A DNA stretch of 64,000 nt from Eledone cirrhosa (GCA_964016885.1 OZ024746.1:71486001-71550000), one strand, 5' to 3'; positions 16,252 to 31,079 are shown, numbered from the stretch's first letter. Made by a program: numbers and translations. The notes: generated by a model not told the origin, from the letters alone.

Positions 16252-19200
16252 ATGACCCTCCCCAAGTATAACAATATTTGTTTCGTCACACGATTTCATA
16301 TCAAAAACCTCGCAAAACTAATTTATCGCCGCTATGGCATTAGCTTGTGCCAAGCTGAAAGGTTATTGAAAGACACTGTTTTCTGTTATATAAAAACTAC
16401 AATAACAACAGAACAAATCCGCTTCTTAAAACACTGTGTTTCCTCCAAAACATACACAACAAACATATCAAAACAAGTAAATAATTTATTATTGAACAAA
16501 ACACAAGCTGAACGACTAAAACACACAATAACAGTTAATATGAAAAGAACAACATACACAAAAGTTAACGAACTTTACAGACAGAAACGCATTAACGGTA
16601 AGGAAGTCCGAAATCTCACCACACCAAACAAAAGGGATGACTTCATGAGCGTCATCCGACGTGAAACGAAATACACCCGAAACGAATGCAATAGGCACTT
16701 CAATAAGAAATTAGAATGGATGAATAAGAAAAAACTAGAAGAAAGAAAAGTAGAATATTCTCAAAAATACCCAGATAACATCAACAATATCCGTATGACT
16801 GATGTAAAACTACCGGAAGAATTTACCAATGACCACACAGTAAATATTTATGGGAACACTTTAATCAGTGAACAAGAACAACAAATCCTGTAGCTACCAC
16901 CAAAATTTGCTATCTACAAAAAGATTAACCCTATTGAGTGCAAAACGGAGCTGGAAAAATGTTTCACAAAAATACGTTGGAATGCAAAAGTAAACAACAA
17001 CAACAACTATACGGACAATAACAACAATAATAACGGTAGTAGTAATATAAATAATAACTCTGAGTATAGAAATAACAGCTATAATAGTAATAGTCATAAC
17101 AATAACAATAGCAGGAGAGTGAGAAATAGTAATAATGGTAATAATATTAACGATAGACAGAACAACAACAACAACCATAATAATAATAATAATAGAAACA
17201 TTAACTACAGACACAGCAGCAGCGACCACAGTAGTAATAACGGTAACAATACGAATAACAACAACAACAACCACAGTGGTAATAATAGAAATAATACATG
17301 TAGCAACATTAATGATAGACACAACAAAAACAAGAAACATAATAAAAGTAACAACCACAATGGTAGAAATAACAGTAACAACAACAATAACGGTGGAGAA
17401 AACAACAACAATACATCTAACAATCACAGCAACAATACATCTAGCAATCATAACAACAATACATCTAACAATCACAGCAACAATACATCTAGCAATCATA
17501 ACAATAATAATACAACAACAACAACCACCATAATAACATTAATAGCAACACACACAACTATGACGATAGATATAATGACAACCCCTTAGAGAAACTATTC
17601 TTTAATCCAGCTGACAAAACATATAAGATGGGTAATATCTATCCTACGAGGTTACCCTTTAATAAAAGGGTTTGCATACCACAACAAATAGATGACGAGA
17701 CAGAGGCACAGTTCACCATAGCTAGAAATAAGATTAGACAAATAGTAGACCGGTATACTAAGAGACAGAGCAGACCAGAGGTCCAACAACTTGGGAGGAA
17801 ACCTGTAGAAGGTTGGTTAGCCTCAAGCAGCGCACAAGGGATGGTGAGGTAGTATGTCTACCCACGGATAAGTCTGGTAGGATGTCAATAGACAGCATGC
17901 CGAACTACATCAAGGCTATGCAACCCCACATCACCAACACGAGCGAAATTGCACAGCAAATACATGATGGGAGAGAGAAAATCCTTAACGCTCACATGAT
18001 GTGGACCGACATCCTAAAGCTAAGCAGACGCACTGCCAACAACTTCCAGGCGTCTAACAATGGCACACCACCCTTGTATGGGCAAAGACCACACGACAGT
18101 CGACGACTCGACAACAGGACCACCAACAAGACCCGTATGCGGAGCAAATATAGCTAGCAACTACAGGATCTCCTATTCCTCTCAATGGTTATACGCCCCA
18201 TAATCAAGATGTCCCCAGATGTATGTGACAGTACAGAGGACCTCCTCAGCAGAATCAGTGAGTGCAACAAAAACAGGAACCTATCCAACTGCATAATAGG
18301 CAGTATGGATGTGGTATCACTGTACCCATCCATTAAAATTGATTTTGCTGTGGAAAAATGTGTGGAGATGATCATTGAGAGTGAGGTGGAGTTCTGCGAC
18401 GTCGACACAGACGAACTGGGCCTCCTACTTAGACTTACCTACGACACTGACTACCTAGACAGCCATGACCTTAGACGTTTCTGCCCCAGTAGACCCATAA
18501 GAGGTAGACCCCCCACCATAACCTCAATGGCTAAAAACACTCCCATGGGAAGGTAGATTGGGTGGACCAAAGCTATACGGACCCCCCAAAACAATGATCA
18601 GGTAAGAAAAATGGTCGCACATGCAATAGGGGCTAGTATCAAAACTACCCTAAAGGGCCACATATTCAAGTTCAACGAGAAGATCTACACCCAAAATGAG
18701 GGAGCAGCCATTGGCGTCAGCATAGCTGGTGACGTTGCCAACCTTTTTATGGTATGGTGGGAAAGGAGACTTAAAGATCTCCTTGATGAGAGCTCCATAG
18801 ACCTCATCATGTACTCTCGTTATGTAGACGATATCAATATAGTAATAATAACATCCCCACTAGAGAGCACTAACAAGTTTGATTTAGAACGTAGCACAAT
18901 GGAAAGCATCCAGTAGATAGCTAATTCCATACACCAGAGTATAACTGTAACTATCGACTACCCTTCCAAACACCCTAACAATAGACTACCTGTATTAGAC
19001 ACGGAACTCTGGATTAACACTATAGACGAGAGAGCCCAAATTCTCCACTCACACTATGCTAAACTCATGGCCTCCAAATACCTGATACTCAAAAACTCAG
19101 CAATGTCCAGTAGGACATTGCTGTAAGTTTAATATTCTGAACGCAGACTTGGTACGAGTGATGAAGAACGTGTCCAGCATGTGCGACCCAACAGAAATGG

Positions 19201-19970
19201 AAAGACACATCCAACACTTCATCAACCGCATGCAATTCTCTGGCTACAACCAAAGCGACAGAATCAGAGTATACGAAGGAGCCACGGAGAAGTATAAGAC
19301 CCTCTTAGAACTGGACATGAAAGGAATTTGTCCATTATACAGGAGCAAATCATGGAATAGCTTAGATAGGGCTAGACATAAGATAGGGAAAGCCATCTCA
19401 TGGTACGACAACCAGAGATACCAGAGTGTCATGTTTGTGGACGCTACCCCTGGAGGGAAATTAGCTAACCAGTGTAGAAAGGCCCTGAGAAAGACCCACT
19501 TAAAGATTAAGGTGGTAGAAAAGCCAAGAACCACCATAAAATCCCTGATCAGCAAAACCTACCCTTTTAAGAAAACCCACTGTACTAATGGGAAATGTAT
19601 CATATGTAACCCCCGGATAAACTGTAAAACTAGAAACGTAGTCTATAGCATAAAATGTAGAGAGGGTACTTGCAGAAACATGACAACAACATACATAGGC
19701 GAGACAGCTCGTAGCATAGGTGAAAGGATAGACCAACACTGGGGTGAACTAAAAGGACGAAAAAACGGTTCAGTACTATACGAACATGCCAGTCAACAAC
19801 ACGACGGTAACATAGACAACATAGAAATTAGAATAATATCTAAACATAGAAATGACCCAGCAGATAGGCAAATCAGAGAGACCAGTGAAATAGAACTTAG
19901 AAGGCCAAGGCTAAACAGAAAAAAAATGAATGGAGTAACAACAACACCCAAACAAACAACACTGACCTAA
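16252..19970 (+). pseudogene. Penelope-like element polyprotein (RT + C-terminal GIY-YIG), probably Neptune group, disrupted
   Basis: IL*LPPKFA, PTDKSG, GPPTRPVCGA (shifted frame), GSMDVVSLYPSI, QNEGAAIGVSIAGDVANLFM, YSRYVDD, Cys linker CTNGKCIICNPRINC, NVVYSIKC...YIGETARSIGERIDQH; stops at 16891, 18554 and 18914 plus several frameshifts. Confidence 0.92.
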
Positions 19971-20265
19971 GAGAAGTATAAATAAATAAATAAATAGATA
20001 AATAAATAAATAATTGTAAGTTGTGATGTTGCTGGAACAGCAACATCACAACTTACAATTAAGGACAAAATGAAAACAGACACACACACACATAGAACAA
20101 ACAACCAACCAGTAACATGTAAATAAACAAATAAATAAACAAATATAAACACACACAGACACCCGGATGTAACACATGCGCAAACTAAGCACACAACACA
20201 CACAAAAACAAGATGGCGTAGGACAGAACAAAGGAGAGGCACAAAAACAAAGAAAATAATCCCCA

Positions 20266-20308
20266 GTCACTGAAGAGGTCACAGAATGTGTGACGAAAGA
20301 ACTTTGAC
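20266..20308 (+). ncRNA. Minimal hammerhead in the Penelope 3' UTR/pLTR
   Basis: GTCA-CTGAAGA-g-GTCACA gaatg TGTGAC-GAAA-GAAC-TT|TGAC. Confidence 0.7.
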
Positions 20309-20454
20309 AATATATGAACAGTCATCTGGCTGTGGAACCAAACAAACAACCGGAAATTTATAAATTCCTAAATTTATAAATTTATTATAATAAATTGAAG
20401 TGAAAGCAAATGGTGCGTGTGTTTCTTATTGGCAACATGACCCTCCCAAAGTAT

Positions 20455-20510
<56 letters not shown>

Positions 20511-20513
<3 letters not shown>

Positions 20514-20985
20514 ATGATATTAAATAAATGGAAACTATATTTATAAAGCCATATTTATTTTATTATATATATTTCAAAGGTACCAAGACAACATTGGTAC
20601 GCTTTCATCAGATAAAATACAAAGTTTGTTTTATAAATAGAGACATACCCATGAAAATCATACCTAATCGGTTGGAAATTCACTGGATAGTCAGTGAATT
20701 TCCAACCAATAAACTATCCAGTGAATTTCCAACCGATAAGGTATGATTTTCATGGGTATGTCTCTATTTATAAAACAAACTTTGTATTTTATCTGATGAA
20801 AGCGTACCAATGTTGTCTTGGTACCCTTGAAATATATATAATAAAATAAATATGGTTTTATAAATATAGTTTCCATTTATTTTATATCATGGAATATTTA
20901 CTCCAGTAAACTGTTGAGTGCTCTAAATCAGATATAAACATTTATATTTGTCGGACTTCCAACAAATTAAATACCCCTTCTACTT
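20511..20985 (+). mobile_element. Family B TA-flanked fold-back element with two divergent hammerheads
   Basis: ~180-bp inverted arms (20512-20690 / 20712-20892); end caacaaattaaata.ccct shared with 45680-45876. Confidence 0.85.
20785..20848 (+). ncRNA. Type I hammerhead (mirror copy on the minus strand at 20556-20619)
   Basis: TATTTTAT-CTGATGA-aagc GTACCAA..TTGGTAC cctt-GAAA-TATATA-TA|ATAAAATA; 8-bp stem I. Confidence 0.8.
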
Positions 20986-21533
20986 ATATATATATACATA
21001 TATTTATGTATATATGACAATACAATTTTTTTCTTTGAGTATATATGTATGCATATATGTGTGTTTTTGGCGTGTTGTTACGTCCAATGGTGAGCAATTT
21101 CTACATGCTTGCCGTTGTTAAAGAGATCTTTTTACTTAGTCATTTCAATATATATATGTGTGCTTGCTAGCTCCTCTGTGTGTACGTATATTTGCATGTT
21201 TATGACCCTTTATTAATATACATTCATGTGCATTTGTACAATTGTGTATGTGTGTGTTGTGTGTATGCTTAATATCTTCGTATAAATAATTATATGTAAG
21301 TATGTATGCTTATATCCTTGTATAAATACAAGTGTGCGTGAGTCTGTAGGAATGTGTGTTAGATTGTGTATGTGAGTGAGTGTGTAGTTATGGATGGGGC
21401 GAGGTGTAAGTTTTGCGAATTGGAATGCTTATGTATTTTAGAGCTGTGTAGGTATGTTCTTAATTTCTTTGATCATACACACGCGCACACTCTCCAAAGT
21501 ATACACACGGACACTCTTATACAAGCATACAAA

Positions 21534-21587
<54 letters not shown>

Positions 21588-21663
21588 TGAGTTGTTCTTC
21601 CCATTATTCTTTTCTTCACTCTCTTTCCCATTCTCTCTCTATCCCCCTTTCTCTCTTTCTCTT

Positions 21664-21702
<39 letters not shown>

Positions 21703-21724
21703 TAAAATATATTTCTCTATATGC

Positions 21725-21770
<46 letters not shown>

Positions 21771-21803
21771 TCATATAGAGAAACAATGCACACACGTACA
21801 TCC

Positions 21804-21904
<101 letters not shown>

Positions 21905-21905
21905 C

Positions 21906-22064
<159 letters not shown>

Positions 22065-22065
22065 C

Positions 22066-22311
<246 letters not shown>

Positions 22312-22413
22312 TTTTGCAGTTTTGAGTGTGCTTTTGTGTGAATGTTTATGCGATTGTATAGTTTCATGTTTTGTATCTAAATGCCTCTGTTGATATTTTG
22401 TTGTTGCATTATA

Positions 22414-22447
<34 letters not shown>

Positions 22448-22456
22448 CATATATAA

Positions 22457-22489
<33 letters not shown>

Positions 22490-22491
22490 TA

Positions 22492-22562
<71 letters not shown>

Positions 22563-22574
22563 ATATATATATAA

Positions 22575-22642
<68 letters not shown>

Positions 22643-22829
22643 GTATATGAGGCTATTATTTTGTCAAGTGTTTTATAGTGAAACAATACTAATACGTGAC
22701 AAACCGTCAGAAGAACCCTCATATGCATGTGAAACGGCTTTGATATATCTTCTTAGCTGTTATAACGTGTTGGATTGGGTGAAGGGGGAAGTTGGGACCC
22801 CCCCCCCCACACACACACATATATATATG

Positions 22830-22902
<73 letters not shown>

Positions 22903-22921
22903 ATATGTATGTATATATATG

Positions 22922-22953
<32 letters not shown>

Positions 22954-22968
22954 TATATATACACACAC

Positions 22969-23025
<57 letters not shown>

Positions 23026-23090
23026 CATATATATATATTTATGACAAGTAAATATGTTTTGAAACACTGAGCAAGTTTGAAATTAGAAAA

Positions 23091-23341
23091 TAGAATAGCT
23101 TTCACCGTACTTTTCAACTAAAAAAATTTTACTCTGATAATGGGATTTAGAACCCTCAGATAAATGGAAAAAGATGAGTATTGACGTACATGGGAGTCGA
23201 ACCCACATCTTTGATAACCAAAGATGTGGGTTCGACTCCCATGTACGTCAATACTCATCTTTTTCCATTTATCTGAGGGTTCTAAATCCCATTATCAGAC
23301 TAAAATTTCTTTAGTTGAAAAGTACGGTGAAAGCTATTCTA
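23091..23341. repeat. Near-perfect ~250-bp hairpin with a 5-nt loop, containing tRNA B-box-like gggttcgactccc
   Basis: Arms tagaatagctttcacc...cacatctttg / caaagatgtg...ggtgaaagctattcta. Confidence 0.9.
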
Positions 23342-23372
23342 TATATATATATATATATATACACACACATAC

Positions 23373-23748
<376 letters not shown>

Positions 23749-23886
23749 TACACTCCGGAATACTGAAGGACCAGGAACTAAGTTTCTTGAACAATTCTTC
23801 CATAACTCGTAGAGTAACCTCTTACCGTACGTCAACCATATCCAGTGTAGTAATTAACCATCACTACATCTTGGATAATCCTATAC

Positions 23887-23920
<34 letters not shown>

Positions 23921-24009
23921 TGTGTGTGTGTGTGTGTGTATATGTATATATGTTTTACTCTTTTATTTGTTCCAACCATCTGGCTGAAGCCATGCTGGGG
24001 CACCATCCT

Positions 24010-24612
24010 TGTTGCTTCACTTTCTATATCCAGCCTGGCCATTGATATAGGAGGGAGTTCGTTTCTGCTCTCCTTAGGTAACCTTCATTGCCTGCTGTCG
24101 GCTCATCTGGGGTCTTGGATAGCGGAGTGTCAAGATGTCTCTTGAAAACATTTACCTTCACACCATGCAGATCTCTCAAGTTTCTTCTCAGCTTATTAAA
24201 CAGTTGGGGGCCTTTGAACCCTAGGCTAATGTATTATCTGCTCCTTATTCTAGATATGAATGACGGGACTTTCGCACTACACAAGGACATCCTGTTCGGG
24301 GCTTGGTCTAGCTCTCAATGCCAAAGTTTGGTGCTAGTCCTTCCAGGATCTTCCATATGTATATCACTGCGTACCTCTCCCGCCTTCGTTGCAAGGAGTA
24401 GAGTTTCAGTCCTTTTAACCTCTCCCAGTAGCCCTTCTTCTTCATGGCAATCCTCTTGGTGTAGCTTCGTTGGATTGCTTCAAGCTCCATGGCTAGTTTA
24501 ATACTATGGGGTGACCACAGCTGGGAGCAATAGTCCAGTCGACTTAGGACAAATATCCTCCACAGTACCAATATAGTTTCTTGGTCTCTTGTCTTCAAAG
24601 TCCTCAAGATCT
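24010..24612 (-). pseudogene. LINE ORF2 C-terminal fragment (CR1/L2/Crack-type group)
   Basis: LSRLDYCSQLWSPH...LEAIQRSYTKRI...YWERLKGLKLYSLQRRRERY..IYIWKILEG. Confidence 0.8.
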
Positions 24613-25150
24613 AGCCACATTTGAGTGGTGTTGTAAAAGCTGTGTAAGGACGCTTCTTGATAATTTGAAATGTGTGCATTCTAACGCAAATGACCATTAT
24701 AATAATCGCCGATCAATATGAATAATGGATGAGGAAATCGAGGAAAACAACCCTGGAAACAGAAAAAATGTAAACAGAGGAACCTCCGAAGAATCGAATT
24801 TTGCATCTGTAGCACGTTTTCCGAATACTTAAACCATTCTTGCCTAAAACTACGCCTATTTAGAAGATTTTAGCTGTCTTAACAACCGATAACCTAAGAA
24901 GCATTGGCAAAATTTGAAATTTGAATTGTGTTTGAAATGACTATAATAATAGTTTCTGATGTAGGCACATGGCCGACAATTTCAGAGAGGGGAAAGTCGA
25001 CTATATTGACTCAGTGCATTACTGGTACTTTATTTTATGGACCCCATAAGGATGAAAGGCAAAGCTAACCTCGGCAGGATTAGGACTCAGATCGTAAACC
25101 ATGCTGTCCGACGCTCTAACGACAATGTCAATTTACCCCTCTTAAAATGA

Positions 25151-25803
25151 TTATAATAATTGTTTCTACTTTTGCCACAAGGCCAGCAAATACCCCAGTG
25201 TATTACTGGTACTTTATTTTATCGACCCCGTAAGGATGAAAAGCAAAGTTTAAACTCGGCGGGATTTGAACTCAGATCGCAAAGGGACGTAACTCTTTGC
25301 TGCTATTATAATAATCGTTTCTACTTTTGGCACAAGGCCAGCAAATACTCCAGTGTATTACTGGTACTTTATTTTATCGACCCCGTAAGGATGAAAAGCA
25401 AAGTTTAAACTCGGCGGGATTTGAACTCAGATCGCAAAGGGACGTAACTCTTTGCTGCTATTATAATAATTGTTTCTACTTTTGGCACAAGGCCAGCAAA
25501 TACTCCAGTGTATTACTGGTACTTTATTTTATCGACCCCGTAAGGATGAAAAGCAAAGTTTAAACTCGGCGGGATTTCAACTCAGATCACAAAGGGCCGT
25601 AACTCTTTGCTGCTATTATAATAATCGTTTCTACTTTTGGCACAAGGCCAGCAATTTACCAGTGCATTACTGGTACTTTATTTTATCGAACCCGTAAGGA
25701 TGAAAGGCAAAGTTAACCTTGGCGGGATTTGAACTCAGATCGTAAAGGGACGTAACTATACCGGAAAGCATGGCATCCGACCCTCTACCGATACTGCCAA
25801 TCC
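25151..25803 (-). repeat. Four head-to-tail 155-bp SINE-derived units
   Basis: Units start at ~25151, 25306, 25461 and 25616; the last continues into the SINE head. Confidence 0.85.
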
Positions 25804-26163
25804 ATTATAATAATAATAGAACGTCGCTATAAATAAGAGTTGAGAAACTTATAAAGATCATTTGCATCCGGACACACATATTTCAAATTATCCCAATGTT
25901 TCTTAAGTCAATTATCATTTACAATTATAGCTGCGAGTTTAAAATCTATAAAGACTAAATTATTGACCAGCAGCATCGTAGTTTCTTTCCCCACTTTTTT
26001 CAGACGATAGGTGTACTTTACCCATATTTTCTTCTTCTTAACTGTTATCTATAGTGATTGACTCTTTTTATTATGGTCGTTTGCGTTTGGACGTACACAT
26101 GTCAAATTTCAAATTTTCCTAATCTCCACGTTATCAACCAGGTGTATGTATATATATATATAC

Positions 26164-26249
<86 letters not shown>

Positions 26250-26335
26250 ATGTATGCATAAGATAAAGTATTGTTGTTCTCAGTTAGTGTGGTGTCAATT
26301 GTTGCTAAACTGAATCTGTGTGTGTTGGTACTGTT

Positions 26336-26392
<57 letters not shown>

Positions 26393-26523
26393 GTTGACGA
26401 GAAAGTATGTATATATGTGTTTGTACTGTATATGTGAATGTGTTATTTTATTTATGTATATATGTAATATATGTGTGATGGTGTTTATGTGTATGCGTTG
26501 TCATTTGTTTAACTGTCTATGTC

Positions 26524-26580
<57 letters not shown>

Positions 26581-26791
26581 ATTTCTATGCATTGTGTTTC
26601 CAATATTTTAACATTTTTGCTGCTTCTTTTTGCTGATGTAATTTCTACTTAATAGAACTACCTGCGTCTCTGTTGATTTCTTTAACCCCCCCCCCCTTCT
26701 CGCTCTCTTTCTCTCTCTCATTATACACACATACACACACACACATACATATATATGTGTATGTATATATATCTATATATGTTATATATAC

Positions 26792-26825
<34 letters not shown>

Positions 26826-26883
26826 GTGTATATATATATATATGTGAATATATACATATACATATGGATACACACACACACAT

Positions 26884-26957
<74 letters not shown>

Positions 26958-27115
26958 TTATCTGTCTGTGGTGGGGAATGTGTGTTTTCACGTTTGTTAG
27001 GCAACCACTCTCTGCTCTCAACAAGAGCATATTCATTCATATCTTATTTTCTTAAAGAAAACTACAAAACGAAATTCAATATAAAAAATACACAAACCAC
27101 ACATACACTGATACA

Positions 27116-27188
<73 letters not shown>

Positions 27189-27289
27189 CAAATACATACA
27201 CTTACATATACACACACATGTACACACACACACGCAGGTTTCTTTTATATTTGCCACAGTTGTCGTTAGGAATTTTCAAAATTTCATCA

Positions 27290-27440
27290 CTGTAGTTTTT
27301 GTTGTTATTTTACCTATTGTTATTGTTTTCGTTGTTATTATTGTTGTTGTTAATGTTAACGCTGTTATTTTCTGTCTCGTTTTGCTCTTGTTGTTGTAGT
27401 TGCCGTTGTTATCATCATCATCATGAACATTTCTCATCAA

Positions 27441-27477
<37 letters not shown>

Positions 27478-27572
27478 TTCTTCTTCTTCTTCTTCTTCTT
27501 CTTCTTCTTCTTCTTCTTCTTCTTCTTCTTTTTCTTTTTCTTCTTCTTCTTCTTCTTCTTCTTCTTCTTCTT

Positions 27573-27641
<69 letters not shown>

Positions 27642-27825
27642 GTTGTTGTTGTTGTTGTTGCTGTTGTTGTTGTTATTGTTTTTGTTGTTGTTATAGTATG
27701 GCCATTGTTTGTAGTTGTTATTCTTATCTTTATCCGTATCGTTATTATTATTATTATTATTATTATTAGTATTTTTTAGTTGTGGTGTTATTACTATTAT
27801 GTTTATTATCACCACCACCATCACC

Positions 27826-27872
<47 letters not shown>

Positions 27873-27940
27873 TATTAATTGTATTGCTGTCGTCGTATTT
27901 GTTGTCGTTGTTGTTGTTGTTGCTGTTGTTGTTGTTATTA
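27290..27940. repeat. Compound trinucleotide tract (CAT, TTC, TAT, TGT, ACC)
   Basis: Seen directly. Confidence 0.95.
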
Positions 27941-28435
27941 TTTGCCCACCATTGTTCTATACGTGTGTGATACAGCGAGTGTGTTACTAACACTTGTTTT
28001 GTTGTAAGATTGCGCTTGTTATATTTTCTCTATTTCATCCTCTCCTCGTATTGTAATAATAATGTGTGTGTGTTTTTTTTTTATTGTATAAAGATATAGG
28101 TTAGCTCGGAGCCAACACGTCTTTTCTTATTTGTCTTCCTAGCATTTTATTCTCCTCACACCACCACTTACATTACAGGACCCACCGAAACCCACCCGCT
28201 CATTTTGTGTTGTATTTCGAAGGCCGCATTCTTCATATATAGTTATATACATACATACATACATACATACATACATACATACATACATACATACATACAT
28301 ACATTTACATACATACATACATTTACATACATGCACACTTTCAAACTCCCATACGCACGCACATATGTATGTGTGTATATATATATATATAATATATATG
28401 TATATATATATATATATATATATACATATATAATA

Positions 28436-28570
<135 letters not shown>

Positions 28571-28588
28571 TATGTATATATATATATG

Positions 28589-28639
<51 letters not shown>

Positions 28640-28667
28640 GTATGTATGTATATATATATATATATAT

Positions 28668-28711
<44 letters not shown>

Positions 28712-28808
28712 GTATATATATGTATGTATATATGTATGTATATATATATATACGTGTATATATATACATATACACATACATACATATATATATATATATA
28801 TATGTGTG

Positions 28809-28904
<96 letters not shown>

Positions 28905-29069
28905 TATATATACATATATATATATATATAGAGATATATATATAGAGATATATATATATTTATATATATGGACAGATAGATGTTGACACACATAAATAAA
29001 TATGCATATATATATATATATATGAACTCGGAGGAAGAAGAAAATAGATGAAAAGAGAGATCTATTTAA

Positions 29070-29127
<58 letters not shown>

Positions 29128-29369
29128 ACACACATACACACACACACATATGTTGTTCTCTCGTCTTTTCTTTCTCATGGACACAATGAGTATATTCCAT
29201 CAGCCCCCCCCCCCCCCTACTGTTCGTTTCTCAACATCTTTACAAATCTTCCAACTAACTCTTGTGTAGATGTGTAACTTACAAATGCTGTTTTCTAGAA
29301 TTAGTTTTGTTTGTTGTTTGTTTGTTGTTGTTCTCTCTTGCTGATGTATTTATTATACCTCTCTTTTGT

Positions 29370-29402
29370 TGGTGGTGGTTAGTCTTGTTGTGCTTGCTGC
29401 TA

Positions 29403-29434
<32 letters not shown>

Positions 29435-30202
29435 AGTACTTGTGGTGGTGGTGGTGTTGGTGTTGTTGGTGGTGTTGGTGTCGTTGGAGGTGTTGTTGGT
29501 GTTGTTGGAGGTGTTGTTGGTGTTGTTGGAGGTGGTTGTGGTGTTGGTGTTGGGTGTTGGTATTGATGTTGATGGTGGTGTAGGTGGTGGTGGTGGCGGT
29601 GTTGGTGTTGATGTTGTTGGTGGTGGTGGTGTTGGTGGCGGTTGTAGTGGTGTTGATGTTGTTGGTGGTGGTGTTGGTGGCGGCTGTAGTGGTGTTGGTG
29701 TTGTTGTTGGTGGTGTTGGTGTTGATGTTTGTGGTGGTGGTGGTGGTGTTGTTGTTGTTGTTGTTGGCGGTGGTGGTGGTGGAGGTGGTTGTGGTGGTGG
29801 TGTTTTTGTTGGTGTTCATGTTAGTGGTGGTGTTGTTGTTGGTGGTAGAGCTGGTTGTGGTGCTAGTTGTGGTGGTGGTGGTGGTGTTGCTGTTGATGGT
29901 GGTGGTGTTGGTGGCGGTGGCTGTGGTGGTAGTGTTGGTGGCGGTGGGGGTGGTGTTGTTCGTGTTGTTGGAGGTAGTTGTGGTGGATGTACGGTGTAGT
30001 TCATATTAATTCATTATATGTCTGTTGTACTTGATGTTATTGTTGTTACTGTTGTTGTTGCTGGTGGTTGTGGTGGTGGTTGTGGTGGTGGTGGTGGTGG
30101 TGGTGGTTGTGGTGGTGGTTGTGGTGGTGGTTGTGGTGGTGGTGGTGGTGGTGGTGGTTGTGGTGGTGGTTGTGGTGGTGGTTGTAGTGGTGGTGGTGTT
30201 GG

Positions 30203-30233
<31 letters not shown>

Positions 30234-30735
30234 GGCGGTTGTGGTGGTCGTTGTGGTGGTGTTGGTGTTGGTAGTGGTTGTGATGGTGTTGATGGTGGTG
30301 GTGTTGGTGGTGTTGGTGGTGTTGGTGGTGTTGGTGGTGTTGGTGGTGGTGTTGGTGGTGGTGGTAGAGCTGGTTGTGGTGCTAGTTGTGGTGGTGGTGG
30401 TGGTGGTGGTGTTGCTGTTGATGGTGGTGGTGTTGGTGGCGGTGGCGGTGGTGGTGGTGTTGGTGGCGGTGGTGGTGGTGTTCGTGTTGTTGGAGGTAGT
30501 TGTCGTGGATGTACGGTGTAGATCTTATTAATTCATTATATGTCTGTTGTACTTGATGTTATTGTTGTTACTGTTGTTGTTGCTGGTTGTGATGGTGTTA
30601 TTGGTGGTGTCGGTGGTGTTGTTGTTAGTGTTGGTGGTGGTTGTGGTGGTGATGGTTGTGGTTGTGGTGGTGGTTGTGGTGGTGGTAGTTGTGGTGGTGG
30701 TTGTGATGGTGGTTGTAGTGGTGGTGGTGTTGGTG

Positions 30736-30766
<31 letters not shown>

Positions 30767-30990
30767 CGGTTGTGGTGGTCGTTGTGGTGGTGTTGCTGTT
30801 GGTAGTGGTTGTGATGGTGTTGATGGTGGTGGTGTTGGTGGTGTTGGTGGTGTTGGTGGTGTTGGTGGTGTTGGTGGTGGTGTTGGTGGTGGTGTTGGTG
30901 GTGTTGGTGGCGTTGATGGTGGTGGTTGTGGTGCTATTGGTGGTGTTGGTGGTGGTTGTGGTGTTGGTGTTGATGGTGGTGGTGGTTGAG
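29370..30990. repeat. (GGT/GTT)n tract with an internal ~522-bp duplication
   Basis: Unique linker ggatgtacggtgtag...ttcattatatgtctgttgtacttg occurs at ~29985 and ~30507. Confidence 0.85.
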
Positions 30991-31079
30991 GTGGACGATG
31001 TAGGTCATATTAGTTTAGTATATTTCTGTTGTGCTTGTTGATTTTCTTGATTTTGCTGGTGCTAATGGAGTGGTGTTTG

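Larger units (their letters stand above)
16252..20460 (+). mobile_element. Penelope-like retroelement; its 3' end repeats the ORF start and abuts (TA)n
   Basis: atgaccctcccaaagtataacaat at ~20437-20460 duplicates 16252-16275 (1 mismatch); HHR in the 3' UTR. Confidence 0.85.

Noticed and set aside
23222-23250. tRNA gene
   Set aside because: Only a T-arm/B-box-like stretch; no full cloverleaf
25151-25803. CRISPR-like appearance of regular repeats (also 1-770)
   Set aside because: Whole units repeat with no unique spacers; eukaryotic context, no cas genes
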